In this document: piece after piece, positions 11,622 to 25,720 of the stretch | How the letters are laid out: the number at the start of each line of letters is the position of its first letter | How positions within the stretch are numbered: the stretch's first letter is position 1 | Origin: Hydrolagus affinis | Taxonomy: Eukaryota | DNA length: 64,000 nucleotides | Reading direction: 5' to 3' | NCBI GenBank assembly: GCA_012026655.1 | Contig: JAAILG010000554.1 | Span: 1-64,000 of the forward strand | Notes under the pieces: generated by a model | The model's database searches: none | Told to the model about the DNA's origin: nothing | Seen by the model: only the letters and a program-made list of their open reading frames with translations | Made by a program: the position numbers and the translations under genes

Positions 11622-12867
11622 TTATTTTACTCAAACACAATGAAACTGTAGGCAAGGTTTTCCAAAACAGAACAAACAGGGAACTGCCCTTGAGACAAAC
11701 GCTACCCAATTCTTACCGAAATATCTCCCAGTGATTCATTCACTGCACACTACCATTTTATCATATAAGGACGATCTGCAAAAGTGACACTTAATCTTTC
11801 ACATAACGTGAATACTGCAAAGAAGGAATGCATATTGACAACAAGATGCCAGGTCTCGTCTAAAAGGATTGTTACAAACGACTGATAAGACAGGGAAGCA
11901 GCTGACTTTTAATAAGTATTGCACAGAAGCAATTTCAGATATTCATGGCAATGGATAATTTCTCTTTTTGGAGAATGGTATATTCTATCTAGCCTTTTTA
12001 TATATAAAAAATATTGTTGGAAATTGACTTGAAAGAAGCAGATTTTTTTTTTCCTGGTGACTTCAATCTGTCACAGGCTGACAGACTGGCAGTGTTCCAT
12101 GAAAATTGAAAAGTTAATGTAGGCCAAAGCTCTTTGATCTATCTTATAAAAGTCTCTGCCATGATGTGAACCTAAATCGGCCTTAGTGTCATTAATTGGT
12201 CAGACTGCTTGTTGATGGATTGTAAGGTCAGATCTCTTGTCCTGTCCCTAGCCAGAGAATTGTCTTGATCAGAGTGGAAAGTGCAGAGATGTCCATTGAT
12301 TTTGCTCATACAGATGCCCAATTATTAGTTTCACACCATGCCCTGCTTTGACTTAAGTGTTTTTCTCCTTATCTAGGAACGGTGGGAGGCGCGGAGGGTA
12401 TACAAAAAGACGATTACAATAGTGTAATCGCGTCTGTTCACAGCCCTTTCACGTGGGCTGAACTTACTTTCGTCATTAATTCATTATCTTTGATCTTTTA
12501 GGTAATCCTTTTGATCATTTAATCCACTTTGTAACCCATGCACGTCATGCACAACTGGTTGGAGTTTATTGTGAGGTGACTGGGTTATTTAGTTTACATA
12601 TGCAAAGAAGACTCAAAACATCCTGGAGGACTGTTTACTTTATAATGGATTTCATTCCTACACTGCAAGCTATATTAATTTATCTCTTTTCAGTCAATGG
12701 CAAATACTGTACTGAACTTCTCCCCACTTTGAAACACAATGGCCCATTTATAGTGACTGCCCCTACTTATTTTGCATTGAATATTCCATCGTGCAAAACA
12801 TTCTTCAAACTAACAAGCTCCAAAACATTGTTAATGATAAAAATCAAACATCTGCCACTCTTTAAAC

Positions 12868-13245
12868 CAGTGGTTCTCAACCTTTTTTTGCTACGACCCA
12901 AATTAACCACCAACAGGTCCTCGTGACCCAATTTTTTTTTGTGTGACCCAAATTAGCCTCCAACAGGTCCTCGCACCCTTAGGGGGCGACATCGCGACCG
13001 AAGCGAAGCTCAGCAAAAACTTTATCTCCGTCTCTTTTGTGGACTCAGCGCAATTCGTAAGTTCGCTCTTTCACACAAATTGGTTGGCGGTGTTGCCTCG
13101 GGCACTTTTTTGAGCGTTAAAAAAGCATTTTCAATATTAAAAAAAGTAACAAAAAAAAATTCTGATGACCCAATGACCTTTCGTGACCCAACTGAGGACC
13201 CCGGCCACCCTGATTTGGGTCGGGACCCGAGGTTGGGAACCACTG
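12868..13245. mobile_element. Non-autonomous hAT (Charlie-like) DNA transposon / MITE, 378 bp
   Basis: TIRs CAGTGGTTCTCAACC and GGTTGGGAACCACTG (14/15 match). Perfect 8-bp TSD CTTTAAAC at 12860-12867 and 13246-13253. Multiple subterminal GACCC motifs at both ends. Confidence 0.93.
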
Positions 13246-14244
13246 CTTTAAACCTTAAAAATCTGCCCAAATCCATCTGCTCAGTGGGTATTGATCTGTC
13301 CCACGTTCCCTGACCTACTCACTCCACTAATAATGTAGTTGGGCATTCAGCCTTTCTGCTCCTACCCTCTGAAAATCCATTGCAAGTCCCTTGGCCAAAC
13401 TCCCTCCCTTGCCTCCTTCAAGGCCCGTCTCATAAACCTTCCTTTTGTCCATGTGAGAACCAAGCTGAAGTGTTTCATGAGATCACCCTCAAACCCCTAA
13501 TCACACCCGTGCTTTCATCCATTCCTGGTAATCCATTATTCTATATACTGAATAACTTGTTGCCTTCCAGCAATTGATCACGTAAAGAATTGTTCGAAAA
13601 TGTCTCAAATTTCATTATCTGCCTTTTCCGCAGTAAATTCTAATGACTAAAGCCAAAGATTGACCGTTTTTGTACTTGAATCAATTATCAGCGATATTGT
13701 TTTTCAACATAATGTCAAAAAAATTATCCTATAAAACATAAATTAATTAACAAATAAGTGGCTCTTAATTAACTGAAATCCCTTCAATAACATAAATTTG
13801 TTCTGCTCTTTCATTGTGTGCTCAGAGCATTTAAAACTGGTCTTGTAACAGAAGTGTTTGTTAGCATGCAAATGTGTAGATTCCTGCAAAAAAAATATTT
13901 TGGATCAACAATAAAATGGCCAATAGTAAGATTGAAAGCTTGGCTTCCGGCATATATTTTCTGCTGTGTGGTTCACATTCAGCAGGTTATTAATAATAAT
14001 ACTCACATCTGATGTAGAGCCTAAAATGTTACAACATCTCAAAGTGCTTCAAGGCTAATTGTTATCAAGTCACTATTTGTAGCCAGATAAATAGTCAAGT
14101 TGCACACACAAAGAGCCATTAAATAAATGGCCAATTTATCTCAAGGAATGTTGGTTGGGACATCGGGCAACATTCCCAGTGTCTACTTTGGATTCAGAGT
14201 ACATTAAACATTATGCAAAACACCTATGCAGCTAATGATGATCA

Positions 14245-14447
14245 TAATAATAATAATCCTTGCATTTGATACAGCGCTTTTCATGTCTTCTGGACGTCTC
14301 AAAGAGCTTCACAGAATATACTGTAAAGTATATAATGTACAGTACTGTATATTGTGAGCAAAATGTGGCAGCCAATTGTGCACAGCAGTGTCCCACACAG
14401 TCGTGGATTAAAATGACCAATTTTTTTTAGGGATTATTATTAGGCGT
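14245..14447 (-). mobile_element. SINE copy, 5' truncated
   Basis: Family body and (TTA)n tail. Confidence 0.9.
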
Positions 14448-14558
14448 ATTATTTGGGATAAATTCACAGTTTAGGAATGTAAACATTTAAACTGTAACTG
14501 GTGACAATTTAGTTATAATTAATGCATTTTCTTGCATGATTTATTTCAGTAACAATTC

Positions 14559-14763
14559 TGGAGTCCTGCAGCTCAGTAGTTAGAGCACTTGCCTCACATA
14601 ATTCCAGGCAGGGTGAAATCTTGGGCAAGTTTCCTTACTCCACACACCTAACAATAATCCCTCAAACAAAACCAATAATAAATTGGTCATTTCAATCCAC
14701 GACTGTTTATGGAAGCACGGCAGTGTTTGTGGAACACCGCTGTGCGCAATTGGCTGCCGCGTG
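14559..14763 (+). mobile_element. SINE copy, head and body, 3' truncated
   Basis: TGGAGTCCTGCAGCTCAGTAGTTAGAGCACTTGCC head and TTGGGCAAGTTTCCTTACTCCACAC body. Confidence 0.9.
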
Positions 14764-14872
14764 TAATAATACAATATATATTGTAATTCAATAGTAAATA
14801 AGTAAATGGGATAAAATAACTGGAATATTGGGCCACTGACCATATGCTACTGGTCTTGTTTTATTCGTGTTA

Positions 14873-15016
14873 AAATAACTAACTAAATAAATAAATAAAT
14901 AATCCTTGCTTTTGATATAGCACTTTTCACGTCTTCTAGACGTCTCAAAGCACTTCACAGAATATACTGTAAAGTGAATTGACTGTATATTTGTGGGTAA
15001 ATGCAGCAGCCAATTG
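14873..15016 (-). mobile_element. SINE 3' part with (TTTA)n tail
   Basis: Family tail stem-loop and GCAAGGATT followed by tetranucleotide repeats. Confidence 0.88.
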
Positions 15017-16820
15017 TTAAAGACAAAAATACAACAAAATTACATTTATAGATTGCCCTTCACATTTGGAGGACATCCCAAGGTGCTGAAAGACCACCAA
15101 CTTTGACAAGTACATAAGAATTTATAGAACAACAATCGTCTTTTAGCTCATCAAATTCAGTCCATCCAGAGGACAGATGCTGCAAAAAGCTCTGTCTGTT
15201 GTTGTCTACCTCTGTATCATGTAAAACCTCCATCCCATCAATCACCATCTCAACCTTGATTGAAGATAATATCCTTCTAACACCCTATATTTGTAATCTG
15301 TCAATTCAGTTTTTTTAAAGAGTCAACATTTACTATACTTAACAGTAACTTTCAAAAATCAGCACATCTAGATGTGAAGTTCCTCCCAAACTTTCTTTCA
15401 TCTCAAGGGTTATGCTGATCTGCTGAGGAAAATGACATAATGCATAATTTTTCTAAGGAATTCGAGCATTATCCTTGAACTGATATTCTGCTTTATTTGT
15501 GAAGGTCTTTTATGATCACTTTGAAGATCTTTTCTGTTCTTTACATTCCTATGCGCCAATGGTTCTGTCAATGTACCTTAGCAATGCGTTTTCTCTATTA
15601 ATTATTTGTAATGCGCTCTAAAGGTTATGTTCAAATATTAGTTTACAGCTACTCCTAAAATGCTTTATCTTCATCGCATCACCACCTTGTAATCATTGCT
15701 AATATTTTTCATATTTTGTATTGATTTTTCATTTATGCACATTATATTCCTTTCGCCCATCCATAGTTCAATGACTGCCAAATAATAACACTCATATGTG
15801 GTTATTATTAATATGATTCATCATTATATAAAACATTAATATCTGGTATACTGTTATTAATCTTTTTGGATGTTGAACTCTGCAATAAATATAAGAGTTA
15901 TGCTCACACATAACCATATTTCATCGCAAAATGAAAAATTTCTGCCTTTAATCGCCTAGATAACCCTAACCCTAAGCATGCAAATTGTGAATATAGAGCT
16001 CAAAGGAATGATCACTGGAGAATTTCATTACCGGTACTCAATTTTGTCCAAATTTATACTGTTAATCGTTTAATATTTTATTCATCCCTTCTGTTATCAC
16101 CTAACCATATTTTTAAAACAAAACTTAAATGCGCTTCTCAGTTTCAATAAAGAGAGCCCCTGAATTTCACCAAGTCTGTTAAAGGCAGTTTATGTAGTAA
16201 TCATTACAATATGGTTTCAAACTTTAATTTAGAATTAAATCTTTAACAATAAAGCTCACAACATTCATAAGTGACTATCTCCAATTCAGAAACCCTTGTT
16301 TTACTCATTGATCATATTTACATTTGAATTTGGATTGTGTCCTTGAAATGCTTTCAGATCATTTTACTCCACTAAATATGTACTTATATTCAATGAGCTG
16401 CTGAAAATATCTGCCCACCATTGCTTACTTATTCCTTAACTTTTCCTTTTCCTTGTCATAGTAATCGATATTGATATGGCACATTTCACATTGAGAGTCC
16501 ATTTAAAAATACTTTAGACAGTTGATTGGGAGCCCATGCTGGGGTGGGGGGAAATGTTGAGAGGGATGGGGGGAGTGGGTGGGTGGAAGCGGAATTGACT
16601 GTATAATCTATGATATACTTTGCCAATATTTCTTGTCTTGTCAATGATATACTGTATCATAATGAACCGCTAAACCAGCATGTTTCTTCTTGTAAAGATC
16701 GTCTGTTTGTAAACCCTTTGTTGTGTGGTTCTAAACATGAATCATTCTGAGCTGGTCTCATCATGACCATCATGGCACCTTGTAGTCCTTCTGTTTCCTG
16801 GCCAATTAGGAAGTACATTT

Positions 16821-16950
16821 CCGCCAAAGGGTCGTGGACCTAAAACGTTGACTCGCTTTCCTTTCTCCATAGATGCTACCTGACCTCCTCAGTGTTCCCA
16901 GCAATTTTTGTTCTTCTTTCGGCATTTCCAGCATCTGTAGTATTTTTGCG
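16821..16950 (+). mobile_element. Penelope-like element terminal (pLTR/3') remnant
   Basis: aagggtcgtggacctaaaacgttgac...tctccatagatgctacctgacctcctcagtgttcccagca...ccagcatctgtagt resembles the recalled chondrichthyan Penelope-type repeat end GAAGGGTC..GACCCGAAACGT...TCTCCAGAGATGCTGCCTGACC.GCTGAG...CCAGCATCTGCAGT. Confidence 0.7.
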
Positions 16951-19900
16951 TTTTGGTACATTTCTTAAGTTCAGAAGCCACTCTGAAAACTGAAGAGAAG
17001 CCAAGAACATTTTCAACCTGTGAGCAATAATTTCTATCTCAATTTTCATTGGATTGTGATGTCTGTGAAAAAAAATATATAGGGCTTCCGTTTTATACAT
17101 AAGATCCTTTGCTGAGCTCAATCAGTTGCTGAGCTCCTTCTCTGACAGCTCACATTAAAACAAAGGTCTTGATAATTAGTTGGCTACTCAATGCAAATTG
17201 AAATTTGAGCAAAATAGTTAATGAACAGAACATTAGTTCACCACTCCAGCTCATTGACCTGAAGCTATATAATGTTTCGCTCTTTGATTTATCATTAAAG
17301 ACACATCAGTGGATGCGGTGCTCTGGCAGGAAATATGACAATTCTTAACTGTACAGTACAAAAAGCTGCAACTGTTAAGTACATATGCTGAGTTCCTAAA
17401 ACTATACTTCACATTTATTGCTTTTCGCTGCAGTATATACCAGGTTAGAAATTATCTTTGTTTTATTGCATTTAAAAAGAAAAGTTAGCTACAAACAGGT
17501 AAGCTGCACTTCTATTTTAGTAGTTTGCAGAAGCCTATTTGTCATTGCTCAAAAGATGTAATTGAAAGTAATTAAATTTAGCCTCACCAGCTTCATGTGG
17601 TTACCGTACCTCTGAAGGTAAAAGCTTGATACGCCTTTACGTATTATTTTTACAGGATAAAGATTAAAGTGGCCATTCTCTGGCGCAATGAAATGTTCAG
17701 CTTTATGGCATATGACAGACATCCATTTACCTGAGTTATATGTCTTGGTAGGACTATTCCATTGTGAATTTTGGGTCATATCCTTTGAAAGTTAAAGATG
17801 ATTTCAAATAATAAATACATGGAGTAAGTTGAAGACTCTTAATTCTGCCTCCAATTCTGTTGGTATTTGATGCACATACAAAATTAGTAAAAAGCTCTCT
17901 ATTCTTATACTGGGAAGAATAAAATCATACTCAGTGCATTACCTCAATTCATAAAAAAAAATCTTCCTCATGCTTTGTTTTATTACTTTCTCTAAATACA
18001 CAATTTCATTTGATTCTATGATCGGGCCAAATGATCCTAGTGATTTGTTTTTCAAGGACATGCATATGTTAATGAAACTGAGGTTCATCGAAAAGCTCCT
18101 TAGTTCTAAATGTATGCATGAGGTCGAAACATATATAGATGGAGAGATTAAATGAGCGTGAGAGGAGAACTTTTTCCGAGTGACTTGTAATTTCTGATGG
18201 GGTGACTCGCATTGTAATTGAAGAATATGCAGTGAAGAAAAAGAATCAAAATCCTTGGATTTATTAGAATTATTATGGTGCGAATCTATTACGTTGGGAG
18301 AACTTTGGGCGGATGTTTCAAAGCACTTCACGGGATATCTACTGTAAAGTGTAGTGACTCTACATTTTATAGGTGAAGCGATTTGTGAATTAACTAAAAT
18401 TGCATTGAGCTCTTTTGCTGTACAATCTAGCTGTAATTTGAAAGGTCAAGTGGGAGCTAAATTTAGTTTGGCTCCTAAATATAGCAGTTTCTACTGAAAA
18501 TATTAGGCTTGAGTTGCAAGATGTATTCTGTGATAAATAGCACCAAATTAGGTTCAGTAACTAGAATATGCTCACATGGGAGATACTTAATACAGTCACA
18601 GCAACCACCACCAACAACAAAATGACATTTGTATCGCGCCTTTCTTGTCGAGAGGACGTCCCAAGGCGGTGTCAGCTCAATACAATTGTCGTTGGCTCCC
18701 CAAATGCATTCTTTTCTTCATACAGTAATATATTTTGCAATGCACATTTAATTAAATAATTGAGATTTCATTCCTGCTGTTCTTTTGCGACTGGGAACAA
18801 AGCCACGCCAAGCAATATTATGATCCAAAGCAGTAAGTCTGGCTTATATTTCCTGGTCTTTGTAGTGCATTGAATCAGCTTGTACAAAGATGTTTTCCGA
18901 TATTTTGTCATTTGACATTTGTAAAAAACTTTTAAAATTGCATAAATAAGTAACAAATACAGCGCAGTTCCATTGTCCATTACAAAGATTTCACCAGGCC
19001 ACGGGCGATTCACACCATAACTGGATCAGGCGCGAATTACACTGCTCTTTAAACCATTTCATTCAGACGGTGTCAAGATCAGGCCTCTGAGGACATCATC
19101 AACATCATCATACACTGTTACTTTGCAATGTAAAAACCACATCAGTTTGGTCCAAATGATTATGGACTGCACCGAAATAATTTGACAGTGTCAACATTGA
19201 GAGGTTTGTTAACATGTGTCACAGATACTGAGGAGGGAAGTTTCTGAGACTATTTTTAGCTGCTGAATTTTAACAAGAGAGCTTACAGACGTTTCCAGAT
19301 GCATTGTTGAGAAAGTTCAGTGTTCTGCAGTTTAAAAATCCTCTGTAATGAAGCCCTTTGGGAAAATCACTGCATTTCCTGAAATGTTGAGGTCAGTAAT
19401 AATAGGATAGGGTAATGAGCAATATTTCAGACTACAACTTGTTGTAGATTTTAAAGGCTTTTTCAAAGCCAAGTTCCTTCCCAATGATCATCTTGTGAAT
19501 TTGAAATACATAAACCAGTGTTACCTATGCATTCCATTTGAATTAAAGTGCATTTATTGAACATTTATTGAAGGAGAACCATGTTAGGTTACATGATAAA
19601 GAATAGGTTTAATTTGCAGTGTTTCTCTCAATATTCCTTGACAACAAATCCTTTTAGATCTTCCAGTGATTCAGGTGATATTTCACTCCAGAAATAGATG
19701 GTGAACGCTTGTGTTGTATCTGACTGCGAGTTTGCAGGCATATTTGCCATTGACAAGTTTAAGAACTCCTCCAACACAAGATTTAGCACAGAATAAAATA
19801 CTTTTTAATAGTAAATGCTTTCATGCTAAAATCTATAGAATTTGTTAAAGAAAACTGGAGCATGATGTGAAGCAAAATAATTAGAGAAGAATCTGTATAG

Positions 19901-22900
19901 ACAATCATCCTTGCATTTTTGTCTATATAGCATTGCATACAGATGGTGGTGATTGCAGACTCCCAGTAGATTAGAGGAGGAAGTTGTGAAGGCTCTGTAG
20001 CTTTTCTAAAAAAAAACACTCAGAAGATGAACGATGCCTTGTCTCCTGCCTCATCACAATTACTCCTTAGCAGCAGCACTTCATAGTCTTATGAAAATTA
20101 AAAGGTGGCAGATTCCATCTATCACTTCTAGATTTGCTGGAGTTCCATCTGAGAATTTTAACAGCTGGCCTGGTAACATGATAGAAACCATGATTTGCTT
20201 CAGGCTGCATTATACACTTGAAATATTAAATAATGGACTTGCTCAGAAGAGCATCAAGTTGCCGGAACCTTTGGGCTGTATAATTTCAGAAATTTGGTTC
20301 CTAGACCAGAATTTCTGATTTAGTTTCACTATAGTACCTGGGGGGTCTATTATTACACAGAATTTTAAACTGATCTATAAAATATTGTTCCATGTTTCTA
20401 GGATCTGTGGCACATGCAAGTTAGATCTATTTGCACAGGAGGTGAGTCATAAAACCTTAGTTTCAATGTTTGGTAAGTGCGCAACTTAGTAGCCTAGAAA
20501 GCACAGAGAAGAACTACCCAGAGGAAGATGGATGGATTTATCTGTTTAAAGTATTTTTCGTACACTAAAATTAATAAAATTACACACTAAAGGCAGAAAG
20601 ATAAGGAGAAAGTGACAAAGCAACAATTCAGTAAGAAGTATTGACAACCTGGAAGAACATCAATGTCATTATAAGCAGTATAAATGGTAGGATTATGTGG
20701 GCAGCAGTTTTTTTTCAAAGGATTTCTATGTACTTTTTATAATTGATTTTTCTTGAGAAAATACAATTTCATCTTTTTCTGAGATTGCTTTACGTCCATT
20801 TGTCTGTCACCAAAATAAACTTCTGTTATTTCTGTTCATAAATAGTTCATGCAACTCAAGTTGTGCCTTCCTTAAATATGTGAGTTCCTTGAACTACTAA
20901 AGTTATCTTTCTAAAACTATGCTTCTGTGGAAGGAAAGCTTTGAATATTCCTCTGTTCTCTCTTTCAACAGCCTTAAATCACCTGACAAGTTTTAAATCT
21001 GCATTTTTGGAAATTTACTCTATCGATAACACATTAAATGATAAATTTAAGCAGTATCTTCCCACAACTGTATGTGTAATCATGCACTGTATACTTTGCT
21101 GCATAAAACTGGGAGGAGATTGAGCATACCGGAGTGCACATATACTTCTGGAATATTTGATACTGGTTCCTGTCTGGGTGGGAACAGGTACATTATCGAC
21201 AATATAAAAAATATTCCAAAAGGACAAACTCGATAATTCCCCCCTAGCTGTTGTAATTTACCAATTTTACATGTGCAACAACCTCCCAAGCAGACAAAAC
21301 ATATGGTGATAGCTAATTTTTCAACCATTCCTTGTAAACAGTGGGGAGTTATTCCACATAGGGAGTGGTTAAATTGAGTTAAGAAACAGGAGTACCTACA
21401 TTGGTTCAGTTGGTAATCTCTTTGTGGCTGGACTCAAATTCCATTGAAATTACGGTCTAATCATGTTACTGCTCACCCAGGGAGATGAATTTATCTGTTA
21501 TGGTGGACAAAAGACCAGGTTTTTACTGGCCTTGGCTCTATTGTGGTAGAATTGTTCTCAAATGCAGAATATTGTGTGTCTCCATTCAGAGACGGGGGAA
21601 ATCATAGCCATGACGGCAATTCATCACCAGTGAGAAAATTGTACCCCTGAGTTTCATGAACTGATACACATGTATTTTAGATCCAAGTATTTGAAATGTT
21701 AACTAATATTTTAAAAGAAATTTGTCCCAATCTTGGGAATTGTGGAAGGCTCAGCGGAGTGATGCTTGGGACAGATCAAAAAGATAGCCGTTTGAATAAA
21801 GACCTTATTCACCCAAGATTTAGTGCTTAGAAACAAGGAACATATTTCAGAATTATTCAGTAGAGAGGAAATCGCACTGTGAAAAAGTGCCTAGTGTATA
21901 ATAAGCAACAGAAAAATGTGACACATTCATACAGATGTGAGAAATGGCTCTCCAAAGGCCACATTAATAATAAAACAAACCATAAGTTGAGAAGAAGATT
22001 AGTTGTAGGAAATATTTCCTTCACCCTTTTCAAGCCATCTGGCAGATTACTCCACTTTGGTGCATTGTCCCAGGTGCCACGATGCTGGGGTTGGGGGAGA
22101 AAATTGACTTAGGATAATTGATAATTAACAAACAAAACTGATAATCAGGATAATTTTAATACAATGGCAGAAAAATAAAAAGGAGTGCATGCAATTGGAG
22201 TTTAATGGAATTGACCTGGTTATATATTTTTCTTGTTTTTGTGCAATTATTATGTGGAAATTATTAAAGTTAGTAAAATGTAACAATCTAACAGAAAATT
22301 CCATGGCAGCTGCTATTTTGAGATTTAGAAGTTTACTGTGTTATTCTTATTGTTATCTTATTATTATCTTCTTACTGTAGTACATCCATCCTGCTTTTCT
22401 AATTGCTATTTTAAGTTCACGTGGAGAGGACAACACTTTATAACACCAAATAATCCAACCAACTTTCAGCTAAATGATGCATCACACCTACATTAAAGAG
22501 GTGGATGCCCTTCTGTCATGTAAAACGTATGCAAAAATAGTAATGCAAGAAAAAAATGGACAAGGACATTTCATCCAATTAATAAAGAAGTTCAATTTTC
22601 CTCACAACAGAGCAAGAAGAAAATAGTGCTTGGGGACAGTGCTGTTGAAAACATCAAGTTCTTAGTTTATGTTAAGAGCCAATTAAAATGGGAAATTTAT
22701 AATAATAAGATGGTTCTGAGATTCGTGTCTGACAATAATGCAGCAGTCTGCAAACATACTTCAATGTTACTGCCTGGTCAGAGTATGTTGAGAAGTCTGT
22801 ATTCGAAGCACCATATGCTACACATTTAAACTCCATATGCTGCAAATGCATCAGTTAAACAAGATAAAAGGAGGTGAAAGTCTACAAATCTGAAGAGTCT

Positions 22901-25479
22901 CTACGCAAGATAGAAGAGGGTCTGCAGATCAGACTGTCTGATGCAAAACTCACCAATTTAAGTATTCCATGTCTGAGCAGTGATTTTAGTGGAGTAGGGG
23001 TGGGAATATGTTGACAGATTCTAATGTTGAATCTTTTTTACTTTTTATCTCATGTAGGAACTTCCAAACATTCAAATCTTTATTTCTTATTCATTAACGC
23101 CACGTTATGTGTGCCTGGTTATATTAGTGTCATTGAAACTCAGGAATAAATACAACATTGAAACGTCCTATATGTGTAATTATTAGTATTGTTGAACAGC
23201 TATTGTTGCATGGTGGACAATTATTCTATACTCATTAGCTATAGTTTCTGCATAAGCTAAGCGTGACTATACTCCGAGATAGATTTAATTTTTAACTTTG
23301 ACCTGAGGACCTTCACGAAGTAATTTATGAATGTTTGCCGTTAAATTGTATACATTTACACCATGGGCAGCAGGGAAATAGCAAATATAATACATGCACA
23401 GAATTTAGATGTGTCGTCATTAAGTGTGTTTTTATACACACTGAACAGCTTTCCAACTATGTATTTTTCAAATACCAAGATAGAAATGAGAAAATCCCAT
23501 GAGGCTCATCCAACTTGCCCTGCATGTGGGACCTCATTAGAATATTTCACCTTCTCCTTGATTTCGGTTGGTATTAGCTGCTTTGATTTACAACTCTATT
23601 TCCAGAAGGTGAAACTCTCTCTGACTTAACAATAGGTACCATAAACCAACAGTTTTAATATTTAAGCAACAAATGCCCCCAATGAAGCCTTATTGCCACT
23701 GCACTTCATTTAATTATTTTCTGCTCACTCTATATACACATCTGCCAGTTTTGGCAACAGTCTGCATTAGGTTACATTTTCAAAATTACAAACAGTGTTC
23801 AGTTAATGATAAATATCTCCTGTCATGACACTGGCAATAAGTCAGCAGCATCAAAGTTGATCATGGATAATGTGTTTACTGTCACACAGAGTATTTAACA
23901 TTTGATACAAGGAGAAATACAATGAAAACCCCATGTTCTCAACATGTGGCACTTATCAAGCCTCATCCTGCTCTAAAATTGCTCAGCAATTGAGATGAAA
24001 TGTACAGTAGTACATAAGATTTTGAACATCTGTAAGTGTCTGAACTCAACTGATTTAGCATTATAGTCCAGTATATTGTTGGCCTTTTTTATTGTTACCT
24101 CGCACGGTTTTTGACATTGAAAGTGATGAATCAACACATGGATTTCTTTAGATTTCTTTCACATTTAACTTGGGTAAAATAATCCATGCCAAGGCTGTCA
24201 GGGTTTGTATTGTGCTTGCATTTCCCCAAAGCAGTTAAATGTTTCCACGAAAGCTGGTGAAACTCACAGAGCAAGCCGTTCTGGGTCACACATGCATGAG
24301 TTACTGCTAACTGGGAATAAGTTGTTGCATGTCACCTGAGCTGCTCAATGCAACAGGTGTAGAAAATCCCTGGTAAATCAGTGAAAGATTTTTAAAAGAG
24401 GGAGGAGAGAGGGCATAATGCAAAAACAGAACCACAGATATGCAAGGCTCTATTCATGCATATAGTTCAATAATATTTTAACAAACCTTTCCTATATCTT
24501 CAGTAATATATTTTTTAAAAGTCCTTGAATGATCAATTTTTCCAAATCAACTCTTTAAACAGAACTTTAAGAAGTAATGAGGGGTATCAATGCAGTTTAT
24601 GTCCAAAATATGATTGGTTCTATTAAGAGAAAGTAGATTTTGTAAATATTCATGGTTTGCTGCTCAGACCATAGATTCATTTCAGAAATTATGGCACATC
24701 AATCTATTACTTTTACCATTTTTAAATATTTAAACATTGTACCGTGAGGTGTGGATAATGTTATGCACATTAGTATTTCATAACTGAATAACAAAATTGA
24801 ATGCATTCCCCAGCTTTCTTATAAAATGTTCCTCAGTTTATGCAAATAAATTTAAGAGATATATTTAGCAATGGTACCAGCAGATCTTTACAAATTTTAA
24901 TATTCAATTTAAATGGCATTTCTAAACTAACACATAACTCATGTGTTTATATTCTACCGTGCAGTGCAACAGAACACCATTGCCCACACCACCACACTAG
25001 AGTTGCATCATTTAACCAAAGAGGCAGCACAAATACATTTTCTTCAAAACATTATTGTATTAATAAGTCTTTCATGTGTATTTTCATAAATTGATCTTTA
25101 ATAGAACAGAGCAACTGAAACACTGTTACTGCAGTGGTTACCTCCTCCATCCACTAAAGTTGAATCCTGCAGTAAGTGCAAATCCAAGCACTATTTTGTT
25201 TCCTTTTCTCTTGTTCATTTCAATAACAATTGCATACAGTATTTGCTTTACATCCCAAGGTTGCCGGTAATTGTACAACATCTTCTTTGTCTCCTTTCTT
25301 CCCCCATGAATAATATTAGCAGCCCAATACTTAAATTAAAATTCTGAAAAATCTAGTCAAGAGATTTTTCTACCCTTCAAGATATTCCCACACTTGTTGC
25401 CTGATGACATCAAACAATTTCTCTTTGACAAAAACATACAGTATATTGACAGCACCTTACTGAAAAAATAATCAAGGTT

Positions 25480-25720
25480 GTTCCTGAACCTATAGCATTG
25501 GAACTAGGTTACAGCCATCAGGAATACCTGAAGGAAATCCTATTGAAGTAAACTGTGACATTGTTAGACACCTGTTAAGTTTCAGATTTTGCTTGAGAGA
25601 AGTGGAACTTTTGATGTAGCAGAAATCAAAGATGAAGTCGAAAAAGAAAAATATATGGCTTTCTCCGCAGTCAGAGATTGTGGTAGTAATACAAACATTC
25701 ATATACTGATGGTTCAACTT
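25480..25720 (-). mobile_element. Possible very old non-LTR retrotransposon RT fragment
   Basis: The ORF-track peptide has IFFFFDF followed by SGIPDGCNLVPML, resembling RT motifs FFDFSSAF and SGVPQGSVLGPLL in the correct order. Highly diverged. Confidence 0.3.

Noticed and set aside
15961-15975. Telomere-like TAACCCTAACCCTAA (and GGGTTAGGGTAAGGG near 51237)
   Set aside because: Only about two units, expected by chance.
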